Positions 46,839 through 56,317 of a stretch of 64,000 bases of DNA are shown in pieces; position 1 is the stretch's first letter; each line of letters starts with the position of its first letter. Source of the DNA: an uncultured Alphaproteobacteria bacterium (GTDB taxonomy: Bacteria > Pseudomonadota > Alphaproteobacteria > Rhizobiales > Xanthobacteraceae); NCBI GenBank assembly GCA_963785665.1, contig CAWAWF010000022.1, forward strand, positions 242,267 to 306,266. Direction: 5' to 3'. The notes beneath the pieces were generated by a model. It had not been told where the DNA came from. It saw only the letters and a program-made list of their open reading frames with translations, and did no database searches. Position numbers and translations under genes: made by a program.

Positions 46839-47609
46839 ATGCGCGACGATATTCACTCACTGAAGATTCTGATCGTGTCGGATGCGGCGCAGGAGCGCGA
46901 GCTCGTCCGCCAGGCCGCGTTGCAGGCTTCGGTCCCGATTGACACGGCCGAGCTCGATGCGCTCGGCGAGCGTGCTGCCACCATCGAGTTGCTGGCAAAG
47001 CAGAGCTACGACGTCGTGCTGTTTGACTCGCGACTGCCGAAACTGGTGCGACAGGGTTTGCTCGATCTCATCCGCGCCGCGCCGAGCCGCCCGCTGGCGA
47101 TCTTGATCGGTCCGGCGACAATCAAGACCCGCGAGGTGTTCACCGAGGGGCTCGATGTCGACAGCGCGCTGGCCAAGCCCATCGCGATCGGCGAGGCCGG
47201 CACCCTGATGGAACGCTGCATCCGGGCCCGGTTGCCCAAGCAGGTGCTGATCGTCGACGATTCCTCCACGGTGCGCTCCGTCGTCGACAAGGTGATGAAG
47301 GCGAGCCGGTTCAAGCTCGAGACCCAGCAGGCCGCAGATGGCTCGGCCGCGGTGGAGCTGGCCAAGAAAAAACGCTTCGATATTGTGTTCCTGGATTACC
47401 AGATGCCCGGCTTGGATGGCTTTGAAACGTTCGCCATGCTGAAGCGCTCGCATCCGGACATCAAGGTGGTGATGATGACCGGCGCGCGGGACGTGCGGGT
47501 GGAGGACCGCGCCCGTGGGCAAGGCCTTCACGATTTCCTCTACAAGCCGTTTTTTGCCAAGGACATCGATGCCGTGCTGAACAAGCTGTTCGGCTTGGCG
47601 CGTCCGTAG
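46839..47609 (+). CDS. response regulator with two receiver domains and no output domain
   Basis: REC1 (ILIVSD...VLFDSRLP...AKP) and REC2 (VLIVDD...FLDYQMPGLDG...MTG...KPF). Confidence 0.85.
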   Translation: MRDDIHSLKILIVSDAAQERELVRQAALQASVPIDTAELDALGERAATIELLAKQSYDVVLFDSRLPKLVRQGLLDLIRAAPSRPLAILIGPATIKTREVFTEGLDVDSALAKPIAIGEAGTLMERCIRARLPKQVLIVDDSSTVRSVVDKVMKASRFKLETQQAADGSAAVELAKKKRFDIVFLDYQMPGLDGFETFAMLKRSHPDIKVVMMTGARDVRVEDRARGQGLHDFLYKPFFAKDIDAVLNKLFGLARP

Positions 47610-47618
47610 TCTCGGCGA

Positions 47619-47876
47619 TTATTGGCGCGCGATCTCGACGGTGAATTCGCCGTTGCGAATGCGCTTGGACAGAGTGTCGGCGTATGTCGCCGCAGCCTCT
47701 TCGCCGTAGGTGGTCACCAGTTCGGCGAAGGCGGCGAACAGGCACGACATCGCCATGCAATCGTCGTCGACACCGTCGAGGCGGGCTTCCGCCCAGGCCT
47801 CGTTGACGTAGCTCAGCGCCACCATCTTCTGTTCGCGGTCGGGCGCGGGCTCAGGGCTTGAATCTGTGCTGGTCAC
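47619..47876 (-). CDS. conserved hypothetical protein
   Basis: ALSYVNEAWAEARLDGVD..LFAAFAELVTTYGE..GEFT; start (GTG) uncertain. Confidence 0.7.
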   Translation of the reverse strand: MTSTDSSPEPAPDREQKMVALSYVNEAWAEARLDGVDDDCMAMSCLFAAFAELVTTYGEEAAATYADTLSKRIRNGEFTVEIARQ

Positions 47877-48013
47877 GGAATGCTCAAAAAAAGGGGCGCT
47901 AGCGCGCCCTGGCTGCCACGTCAGCGAACACGCTAGCATGCGGCTGTCCCGCGCCCAGGCCGAACTCGACCCACGGTTAACCGGCGCGGTTAATGGTGGC
48001 GATTGAGCCGGGT

Positions 48014-48397
48014 TTAGTTCGTATATCGCGCAGTGATCTCGCGTGAGATCTTGGCGCCTTCGTCGAGATAGCGCCGCACCACGACGTTCGCCGCCGGCGT
48101 GCAGGAGCGGTAGGTGCGCTGGAAGCTGCGGTAGCCGTTGTTGAAGTTCGCCACCAGCCGGTTGCGCCGGTCGCCGCTCTGCGCCTCGGCGTCGAGCAGC
48201 GCCGACATCTGGTCGCGCCATTTGTTGCCCTCATTGGCGCCGCACAGCGGCTGCAGATAATGCAGCGCGCCAAGAATCTCGGCGAGCCGCATCAGATCGG
48301 CATCGAACGGGGCAGGGCCGCCTTCGGCGGCAGCGGGGGTCAGCGCGCCGGACAGGCTCAATGCGACAATGGCTATGGTGGCGGTACGTCGGAACAT
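48014..48397 (-). CDS. TIGR02301 family protein
   Basis: LMRLAEILGALHYL..LC, WRDQM, FNNGY and YRSCTPAA motifs. Confidence 0.88.
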   Translation of the reverse strand: MFRRTATIAIVALSLSGALTPAAAEGGPAPFDADLMRLAEILGALHYLQPLCGANEGNKWRDQMSALLDAEAQSGDRRNRLVANFNNGYRSFQRTYRSCTPAANVVVRRYLDEGAKISREITARYTN

Positions 48398-48406
48398 CGA
48401 AAGGCT

Positions 48407-48860
48407 TTAGCGCGCCGCGTCGATCCGTTCAAACGCCGCGGCGACGATCTCGGCCAAACCCTCGGTGGTTTGCAGTCCAGCGAGCTCATCGAGCTTGAGC
48501 CAGCGCGCCTCGGCAAGTTCCTCGTTGAGTTGCGGCTCGCCCGAAATCCAGCGCGTGGCGAAGCACATAATGACGAAATGACGCGACACCCGGCGGTCGT
48601 CGTCGCGCACCACCACCTCGCGGTGGCCGGCGAGCGCGACCGGCTCGACGATCATCGCGGTTTCTTCCTCGATTTCGCGCTTGAGCGCCTCGACCAGAGT
48701 TTCGCCGGCCTCGACCACGCCGCCCGGCATGGTCCAGACGCCGAGCGCAGGCCCGCGCGCGCGCCGGGCCACCAGAACGCGGCCGTCACGGATGATGGCG
48801 GCGCTGACGGCGAGGAAAGGACGGTCTGGGATAGGTGCGGGGGTCGGGGGCGATGCTCAC
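48407..48860 (-). CDS. NUDIX hydrolase (frameshift near the 5' end)
   Basis: Nudix box GGVVEAGETLVEALKREIEEET; N-terminus RTYP.RPFLAVSAAI. Confidence 0.9.
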
Positions 48861-49375
48861 CGCGCAAACATAGCATCGATCGCGGCCTGCGGTCCCTGCC
48901 GGCCGGCGGTATCCACGACGGTGCCATTGATCACCGCCGCGGTCCGGGCGATCAGCGGCCGCAGCCGTTCCACGGCACGGCGGGCGATCGCTTCGATCTC
49001 GGCCCGGTCGGTTTGCTGGCAGACCAGATCGCGGCTCCGCTCGGCCAGCGCGTTGAGCAGCTCGGCATTGCGATCGAGTGCGCCCCGCACCGCCGGGTCG
49101 GCAGCCCGGTAGGCGGCGACGATCGCCTCGCGGTTGCTGAAGCGCGAAGTGGCGAAATGCTCAGCATAGGTTTTCGGCCGCCACGCCCGGAGGTCGTCCA
49201 CGCATTCCGGCATGGCGCCGGCCAGTTCAAGCACCATCACGGCTTCGGTGAAATGATTGAGATAGTCGGTGGAAAGCCCGGTCAACGGATTGATCTTGGG
49301 CCCACCGGCACCAGATGGTGGGGAGGCCGCTGCCGCGGTGGGGTCGGTCGCGCGATCGGCGGCAGGCGCGGGCAT
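48857..49375 (-). CDS. conserved hypothetical protein
   Basis: INPLTGLSTDYLNHFTEAVMVLE..W.PKTYAEHF..S.F; overlaps the NUDIX start. Confidence 0.75.
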   Translation of the reverse strand: MPAPAADRATDPTAAAASPPSGAGGPKINPLTGLSTDYLNHFTEAVMVLELAGAMPECVDDLRAWRPKTYAEHFATSRFSNREAIVAAYRAADPAVRGALDRNAELLNALAERSRDLVCQQTDRAEIEAIARRAVERLRPLIARTAAVINGTVVDTAGRQGPQAAIDAMFAR

Positions 49376-49425
49376 GGGCAATGGTCCAGACCGGAAATGC
49401 AATGGTTTGAGTCTTGCCCAGTCCG

Positions 49426-49441
49426 GTTAACGGTTGGCTAA
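49426..49441 (-). promoter_or_regulatory. putative CtrA box
   Basis: Minus strand TTAG-CCAACCG-TTAAC in the divergent intergenic region. Confidence 0.5.
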
Positions 49442-49468
49442 GGATTTGGGCCGGGAGGTGCATCGAAA

Positions 49469-50233
49469 ATGTGCGGCCGATACTGCATCTCCACTGCGCC
49501 GGATGCGATCCGGGCGTTGTTTCGCTATCGCCAGCAGCCGAATTTCCCGGCCCGCTACAACGTGGCGCCGACCCAGCCGGTACCGATCGTGCGGATGGTC
49601 CAAGAAGGGCGAGAGGGCGAACGGGAGTTTGCCCTTGTGCGCTGGGGCTTGATCCCGGCCTGGGTCAAGGATCCCAAGGACTTCAGCCTGCTGATCAATG
49701 CGCGCGGCGAGACCGTCAACGACAAGCCGGCGTTCAAGAACGCCATGAAGCGCCGCCGATGCCTGTTTCCGGCCGACGGCTTCTACGAGTGGAAGCCGGT
49801 CGGCAACAGCAAGCGCCCTTATTTCGCCGGGCCCGCGGCCGGCGGTCCGATCGCCTTTGCCGGCCTTTGGGAAACATGGATCGGGCCGAACGGCGAGGAG
49901 ATGGAGACCGCCGCGATCGTGACGACGCAAGCCAACGCGGAAATGGCCGCGGTGCATCACCGCGCACCGGTGATCGTGCCGCCGGAGCAGTTCGACCTCT
50001 GGCTCGATTGCCGGAATGTCGATGAGCAAATGGCCGCCGCCATGATCGCGCCAGCGCCGGACGGCGCGATGCAGGTCTATGAGGTCTCGCCGGCGGTCAA
50101 CCGCGTGGCAAACGACTCAGCTGCGCTGCTGGAGCCGTACAGCGCCGAGGCTGCGCCCCCGCCCGTAGATCATCCGAAGCCCGCTCGCAGAGCAAGGCAG
50201 GAGGTAGACACCGGGCAGGGCTCCCTGTTCTGA
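49469..50233 (+). CDS. SRAP family protein (YedK/HMCES-like abasic-site protection)
   Basis: N-terminal MCGRY, YNVAPTQ, WGLIP, INARGET, RRCLFPADGFYEW and HHRAPV motifs. Confidence 0.95.
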   Translation: MCGRYCISTAPDAIRALFRYRQQPNFPARYNVAPTQPVPIVRMVQEGREGEREFALVRWGLIPAWVKDPKDFSLLINARGETVNDKPAFKNAMKRRRCLFPADGFYEWKPVGNSKRPYFAGPAAGGPIAFAGLWETWIGPNGEEMETAAIVTTQANAEMAAVHHRAPVIVPPEQFDLWLDCRNVDEQMAAAMIAPAPDGAMQVYEVSPAVNRVANDSAALLEPYSAEAAPPPVDHPKPARRARQEVDTGQGSLF

Positions 50234-50341
50234 TGTTTCGCCGAGGCCGCATCCGTCCGATTTTGCGCCCTCAGCCCCGATTTTGCCGCTTTGCGGCGGT
50301 CCATCCAGTTTGGGGCGACCACCGGCCAGGGGAGAGGCCCG

Positions 50342-50548
50342 ATGCGGATCGTGCTGACTGCATTGCTGCTGCTGTCGTTCGCCGTGCCGGCCTTTGCCCG
50401 CGGCGGCGGCAAGCGCTCTTCGGACTCCAGCCAGCAATCCAGCGCCGAGACGCAAAAAAAATCCAAGGCAGAGGAGAAGGCCTACAAGGACGCGCTCAAG
50501 AACATCCCCAATCAGAAGCCCGCCGATCCTTGGGGCAAGATGCGGTAG
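50342..50548 (+). CDS. small secreted hypothetical protein
   Basis: Signal peptide AFA; EKAYKDALKNIP..DPWGKMR; GAGAGG RBS. Confidence 0.7.
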   Translation: MRIVLTALLLLSFAVPAFARGGGKRSSDSSQQSSAETQKKSKAEEKAYKDALKNIPNQKPADPWGKMR

Positions 50549-50554
50549 CTCGCG

Positions 50555-51985
50555 CTACAAAACCTTGCCTGGATTGAGGATGCCCTTCGGGTCGAGTGTG
50601 CGCTTCAGCGTCTTCATCAGATCGTAGGCGACTGGGTCCTTGATCTTCGGCAGGTAGTCGCGCTTGACGATGCCGACGCCGTGCTCGGCGGAAACCGAAC
50701 CGCCGAATTTGAGCACGATCTTGTAGATCACGTCGTTCATGTCGTCCCAGCGCTTGAGGTACTCGGCTTTGTCGGCGCCGACCGGCTGGGTGATGTTGTA
50801 GTGGATGTTGCCGTCGCCGACATGGCCGAATGGCATCGGCCGGCAACCGGGGATCAGCTTTCGCGCCGCGGCATTGCCCTCCTCGATGAACGCCGGGATG
50901 TTGGCGACCGGCACCGAGACGTCGTGCTTGATCGAGCCGCCCTCCTTGCCCTGCATCTCGCCGAACAACTCGCGGATGCGCCAGAACGCCTTGGCCTGCT
51001 CGACGCTCTCGGTGATGGTGGCATCGAGCACGAGGCCCTTCTCCATTCCGGCTTCAAGGATTTGCTCCATCGACTCGCGCAAGCCCTCGCGGCGCTGCGA
51101 CGACAGCTCGATCAGCACGGAGTAGGGCGACTTCGTCGCCAGCGGGTCGCGCGTGCCGGTGGAATGCTTGAGCACGATATCGATGCCCTCGCGCGCCATG
51201 ATCTCGAAGCTGGTGACGCCGCCGGCGGTCAATTCGGTGGCGAGACCGAGCAGGTCGACCGCGGCCTGCACCGAAGGGATCGCCGCCCACGCCGTCTCGA
51301 CCGAGCGCGGGCGCGGCACCAGACGCAGCGACGCCGCGGTGATGACGCCGAGCGTGCCCTCCGCGCCGATGAACAGGTCGCGCAGGTCGTAGCCGGTGTT
51401 GTCCTTCTTCAGCTTGTTGAGGTTGTTCATGATGCGGCCGTCGGCCAGCACCACCTCGAGGCCGAGCGCGTGCGAGCGGGCGATGCCGTGCGCCAGCGCC
51501 GCGGTGCCGCCGGCGTTGGTCGAGAGGTTGCCGCCGATGGTGCAGCTTCCCTCCGAAGGCAGAAGCTGCGGATAAAGCCGGTCGACATTGGCCGCGGCCT
51601 CGCGCGCGCGCTGCAGGGTCACGCCCGCCTCGCAGATGATGGTGTTGGAGACCGCATCGACCTCGCGGATCTTGTCCATGCGGTTGAGCGACAGCACCAC
51701 CTCACCGTTGTGCGGGATTTGACCGCCGACCAGTCCGGTGTTGCCGCCCTGCGGCACGATGGCGGTCGACGTTTCGTTGGCGATCTTCAGCAGCTCCGAC
51801 ACCTCCTTGGTCGAGCCTGGCCGCAGGATCACCGGGCTGTGTCCGGTCCACAGCGCGCGGAACTCGACCAGATAGGGGACCTGCTTGTCCTTATCGGTGA
51901 TCGCGTTCTTCTCGCCGACCACGGCGATCAGCCGCGCCAGCGTGGCGGCGGAGACGGTGGTCGGCGGCTTGCTCATTTCATTCAT
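50555..51985 (-). CDS. FAD-binding oxidoreductase (D-2-hydroxyacid dehydrogenase family)
   Basis: PQGGNTGLVGG, KKDNTGYDL, GAEGTLG, HDVSVP, FGHVGDGNIH and SAEHGVG motifs. Confidence 0.92.
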   Translation of the reverse strand: MNEMSKPPTTVSAATLARLIAVVGEKNAITDKDKQVPYLVEFRALWTGHSPVILRPGSTKEVSELLKIANETSTAIVPQGGNTGLVGGQIPHNGEVVLSLNRMDKIREVDAVSNTIICEAGVTLQRAREAAANVDRLYPQLLPSEGSCTIGGNLSTNAGGTAALAHGIARSHALGLEVVLADGRIMNNLNKLKKDNTGYDLRDLFIGAEGTLGVITAASLRLVPRPRSVETAWAAIPSVQAAVDLLGLATELTAGGVTSFEIMAREGIDIVLKHSTGTRDPLATKSPYSVLIELSSQRREGLRESMEQILEAGMEKGLVLDATITESVEQAKAFWRIRELFGEMQGKEGGSIKHDVSVPVANIPAFIEEGNAAARKLIPGCRPMPFGHVGDGNIHYNITQPVGADKAEYLKRWDDMNDVIYKIVLKFGGSVSAEHGVGIVKRDYLPKIKDPVAYDLMKTLKRTLDPKGILNPGKVL

Positions 51986-52000
51986 GGCGACACTCCGGTC

Positions 52001-52992
52001 TCAAGCTTCTCGCGGCGCCGCAGCCCTGGCAAGCCGATCGTTGATCGCCTCGCCCAGGCCCTCACGCGGCACCGGCATCACGGCGATGGTGGCGACATCC
52101 GACCGGTCAAGCGTGCGCAGGTCGGAGAACAGGTTGGTCGCGGCCTCGACCAGGTCGCCGTTCGGCGACAGGTTCAGCACGATCGCGGCATCCGGCGTCC
52201 CGGCCGGCAGGCGCGTGCCGAAGGCCAGCAGCGCCTCGCCGGGATGGACGCGGTCGACGTCGAGGCGAAGCCGCGCCCGCGGCGCGTAGTGCGACTCGAT
52301 CATCCCCGGCGCCAGCGGCGCCTCCGGATCGAACGCCGCGTCGGCGATGTCCTCCAGCGCGCATTCCAGCACCGCTTCGATCTGCTGGCGCGGCAGCCCG
52401 CCGGGACGCAGCAGCACCGGGCGGTCGAGGCAGCCGACGATGGTCGATTCCACGCCGACCGTCGCCGGACCGCCATCGACGATCATGTCGATGCGGCCGC
52501 CGAGATCGTCCATCACGTGCTGCGCGGTGGTCGGCGAGACATGGCCGGAGCGGTTGGCAGACGGCGCCACCACCGGCCGGCCGAGTCGGTCGAGGATTGC
52601 GAGCGCGACCGGATGCTGCGGCACCCGCACCGCGATGCTGTCGAGGCCGGCGGTGGCGAGCTCGGCCACCGGGCAATCGGCGCGCTTCTTCAGAACAAGC
52701 GTCAGCGGCCCCGGCCAGAACGCCGCCGCGAGCTTTTCGGCGGCTGCGTCGAACACCGCAAGCCGCCGCGCCGCGGCGAGTCGAACACATGGGCGATCAG
52801 CGGATTGAACGACGGCCGTCCCTTGGCGGCGTAGAGCCGCGCCACCGCGGCACCGTTGGTGGCGTCGGCGCCGAGCCCATAGACCGTCTCGGTCGGGAAC
52901 GCGACCAGCCCACCGTTGCCGAGACAGAGCGCCGCATCGGCGATGACGACGAATTCGGCGGGCCGCAGGCGGGTTTCGATTTTCTGCGTCAT
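52001..52992 (-). CDS. tsaC: L-threonylcarbamoyladenylate synthase (Sua5 type), frameshifted near 52760-52790
   Basis: [45 protein letters not shown] motifs and a C-terminal SUA5 domain. Confidence 0.93.
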
Positions 52993-54387
52993 TTCTTCCG
53001 CTTTGCTGGAGCCCGCTTGCTCGCCTTCTTCTTCGCCGTCACCTTGAGCCAGTCGAGGTTGCGTTCGTGGTCGATGTTCTGCAGCCGCTCGAACAATCGC
53101 GCCATCGCCGCGCCATCGCACGCTTTCGTCAGCAGCAGGAATTTCTCGCGCATCTCGCTGCGGTCGAGCGGCTGCTCGGGCGTGCCCTTGAAGCTCTCGA
53201 CCTTGCGAACGAGCGCGCGGCCATCCTTCAAGTTCACGGTCACGGTCGAGGCGATGGTGTGGCCGTGTTTCGCCTCGTCGGCGACGGTGATGCTGACCCG
53301 CCGCGCCAAAGCGCGAATTCCCGGATCGTTGAAGTTCTTCAGATTGAACGAGGCCGGGTCGCGCGGATTGCGATGATGCGCCAGCGCCACGTTAAACGGC
53401 AGCGAGTATTGCGCCATCATCAGGTCGGCCGGCTCCGGGATGTTGTTCACCGTCGCCATCTTCTGGTTGCCGGCGACCGCGATCGAACTCGACGTCGCCC
53501 GGCGCGTAGCTGTACTGGCGCCGCAGGTCCTCCACCGCCTGCACCGAGGTGTGCGAGGTGATGTGGACCGGAAAGCGCTTGAGCATAATGCGCAGGCTCG
53601 CCCACTCCTCGCCGAGCCCGCGGGTCAGCGCGCCGACATCGTTGTCGCCGCAATAGACGTTGAGGAAACCGAACGGTCCTTCCAGCACGCTCTGCGGCCC
53701 GGTGAAGCCCGCTTCCGCGAGACTCGCTGCCAGCACGCCGCTTTCCGCGGCGCGGCCGAGATGCATCCGCTTCACCATCGCGCCGGTGCCGGACTTGGCA
53801 AATTCGAGAAGTCCGCACGACAGCGAGCCGGCGATGCCGAGCGCTTGCGTCATCGTCGCCGCGTCGAACTTCAGCAGCCGCCCGACCGCGACCGCGCTGC
53901 CGAACGGCCCGGTCGTGCCCGGCGCGTGAAACCCGCGGCCCTCGTTGTTGTGCTTTGTGGCGCGGCCGACCCGGATCATCACCTCGCTGCCGGCCACCAC
54001 CGCGGCGATCAGCGCGCGGCCGCCGAGGCCGCGCTCCTGCGCGACCGCGATGGCCGGCATCGCCATGGTGCCGCCCGGATGCACGCCGGTGTTCGGCCAG
54101 GTCAGGTTGTCCATCTCGAAGGCGTGCGCCAGCGCGCCATTGGCGAAGGCGGCCATCGGCGCCTGCAGCCGCGGTCCGCCGGGCGCGAACACGTGGCTCT
54201 TGCCGCCCGCCCCGCGCTTGCGGGCGTAGTCGACGATGATCCGGCTCCAGGGCAAATGGGCGCCGAACGCGATCGCGGCGACGGTGTCGGCAATGGCGTC
54301 CTTGGCGCGCTGGATCACCGGACCGGGCAGGTCCTCATAGCGGAGCGAAGCGGCGTATTTCGCCAGTTGCAGCGTTTCCTGCGCCAT
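52989..54387 (-). CDS. MmgE/PrpD family protein (frameshift near 53490)
   Basis: [41 protein letters not shown] and AQYSLPF motifs; ATGA overlap with tsaC. Confidence 0.9.
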
Positions 54388-54478
54388 TCCATCCCCATCG
54401 TCAGCCGGTTCCGGGACCGGCCCGGCAAGCAAGTTATCAAGCGGTTATAGCGGCTCTATAGCGAATAACCGCCTGTGC

Positions 54479-54507
54479 TTGCGAGGGGATAAGGTGGCCG
54501 CTCTATA
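54479..54507 (+). promoter_or_regulatory. sigma70-type promoter of the left tRNA-Pro copy
   Basis: TTGCGA-N17-TCTATA, ending 11 bp before the tRNA 5' end; same architecture as the promoter at 58053. Confidence 0.55.
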
Positions 54508-54528
54508 GCGCCCTCAGTCGGAGTGTAG

Positions 54529-55927
54529 GAGCTATGCGGGATTTTGGGTGACGAGGTTGATCAGGCGGCGCGGTGAGCCGTCACTTCAGTGACCTCGATT
54601 CCATTTTGGAATTTGAAGCCTTGAACGACCTTTGGCAACTGGTTCTCGCCGTTCAATCGCCGCCATGTTTTCGCGGCAGCGTTGACGAGTTTGAACACCA
54701 TGAGCTTGGCGGTCTTCGGCGATAGCGCGCCCTTCGTCCGCACGGTTCGATGACGCACGGTCGCGAATACGCTCTCGATCGGATTTGATGTGCGCAGATG
54801 GTCCCAGTGCTCAGCAGGAAAGTCAAAGAAGGCGAGCAGAGTTTCCCGATCTTGCGTCAAGCAGACGACCGCCTTGTCGTACTTGGCGCGGTATTTTTCA
54901 GCAAACGCGTCGATCGCGACCTCGGCTGCCGCGCGGGTCGGCGCGCCGTAAATCTCACGAAGGTCTGCCTTCATGTTGACCTGGACCGAGAGGGCGACCT
55001 TGTTGAGCACGTTGGCGGTCTTGTGAACCCAACAGCGCTGATGCCTGGTGCTCGGAAAGGCCTCCTCGATCGCCTTCCAGAAGCCGAGCGCGCCGTCGCC
55101 GACCGCGAGGTCCGGCCCGATCTCGAGCCCACGCTGCTTGACGTCGATGAGGAGCTCACGCCAGCTCTGCGCGCTCTCGCGCACCCCGGTCTGGAAGCCG
55201 ACGAGTTCTTTCTTGCCCTCGGGTGTCGCGCCGATCAGCACCAGCATGCATTCGGCGTTGTCTTCCATCCGCGCCTGCAGGTAGACCCCGTCCGCCCACA
55301 CGTAAACGTATCGCCGTGCCGAGAGATCGCGCTTCTGCCAGGCATCGTAATCGACCTGCCACTGCGCCGTCAGCCGTGAGATAACGGCCGGCGACAGGTT
55401 CGGCGCCTCCTTGCCCAGCAGGGCGGCAAGCGCCTCCTGGAAGTCGCCGGTTGATACTCCGCGCAGGTAGAGAACCGGCAACAGCGCGTCGAGGCTCTTC
55501 GTCCGCCGCGCCCATTTCGGCAGGATCGCCGAGGAAAACCGGATTTTCTCCTCCGTGCCCACGTCGCCTCGGTCGCGCACCTTGGCGCGACGGACCTCGA
55601 CAGGCCCGACCCCGGTCTGGATCGCGCGATGCGGCCCGTGGCCATGACGCACGATGCGGTCGCGACCATCCGGCAACCTCTCGTCTTTCCACATGGCGAC
55701 GAAGGCGTCGGCTTCGGCGATCAGCACCTGAGCCAATATCCGACGGGCGCCTTCACGGGCAAGTTCAGTCAGGGGATCATCGATAATGTCAGGCTGACGG
55801 AAGGCAATGACAGTGGTATCTCTCGACATGGCGTATCGCTCCTTTCGGGGAGGTTCTGGCAGGCTCGACACCCGCCTCGATACGCCGCCTATCTCACACC
55901 GTCATCACCCAGTTTCCCGCATAACTC
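54529..55927 (-). mobile_element. IS256 family insertion sequence, 1399 bp
   Basis: Terminal inverted repeats GAGCTATGCGGGATTTTGGGTGACGA / GAGTTATGCGGGAAACTGGGTGATGA (21/26 identical); 8-bp target duplication GAGTGTAG at 54521-54528 and 55928-55935. Confidence 0.96.
54561..55829 (-). CDS. IS256 family transposase
   Basis: LYLRGVSTGDF, YVWADGVYL, DGALGFW, QRCWVHK and RTSNPIES motifs; intact frame; AAAGGAG RBS. Confidence 0.96.
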   Translation of the reverse strand: MSRDTTVIAFRQPDIIDDPLTELAREGARRILAQVLIAEADAFVAMWKDERLPDGRDRIVRHGHGPHRAIQTGVGPVEVRRAKVRDRGDVGTEEKIRFSSAILPKWARRTKSLDALLPVLYLRGVSTGDFQEALAALLGKEAPNLSPAVISRLTAQWQVDYDAWQKRDLSARRYVYVWADGVYLQARMEDNAECMLVLIGATPEGKKELVGFQTGVRESAQSWRELLIDVKQRGLEIGPDLAVGDGALGFWKAIEEAFPSTRHQRCWVHKTANVLNKVALSVQVNMKADLREIYGAPTRAAAEVAIDAFAEKYRAKYDKAVVCLTQDRETLLAFFDFPAEHWDHLRTSNPIESVFATVRHRTVRTKGALSPKTAKLMVFKLVNAAAKTWRRLNGENQLPKVVQGFKFQNGIEVTEVTAHRAA

Positions 55928-55942
55928 GAGTGTAGCGCAGCT

Positions 55943-55975
<33 letters not shown>

Positions 55976-56317
55976 CAGGTTCAAAATCCTGTCGCGCCCC
56001 ATGGGACCAAAGCCAAGTCGGTCAACGATTTTGCCCGGTCGTCTTGGCGCACGCGCCCACCGTGATCCGCGAATGCTGTTTCTACACCCATCCGAAGGCT
56101 GAGTTGATCGCGCAGAAGCTGCGCTAGCTTGGCAAGCTATTTTGCCCCTAGCATACGCCGCTAGAACGCGCGCCGCGGTGCGCTGTGGCCGGTTAGACAC
56201 GGGCCCAAGTCTATCCACCTAGCGCCTTGTCGGCCGCCCATCCTGGGTATTGAATTATCCAATTGGGGACTGGAAATCGCTGCAAAAAATTGCGCTGGCG
56301 TTGTATTGGGGGCCATC

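Noticed and set aside
49469-50233. SRAP gene as a marker of a prophage or defence island
   Set aside because: Surrounded by housekeeping genes with normal composition; no phage or defence genes adjacent.
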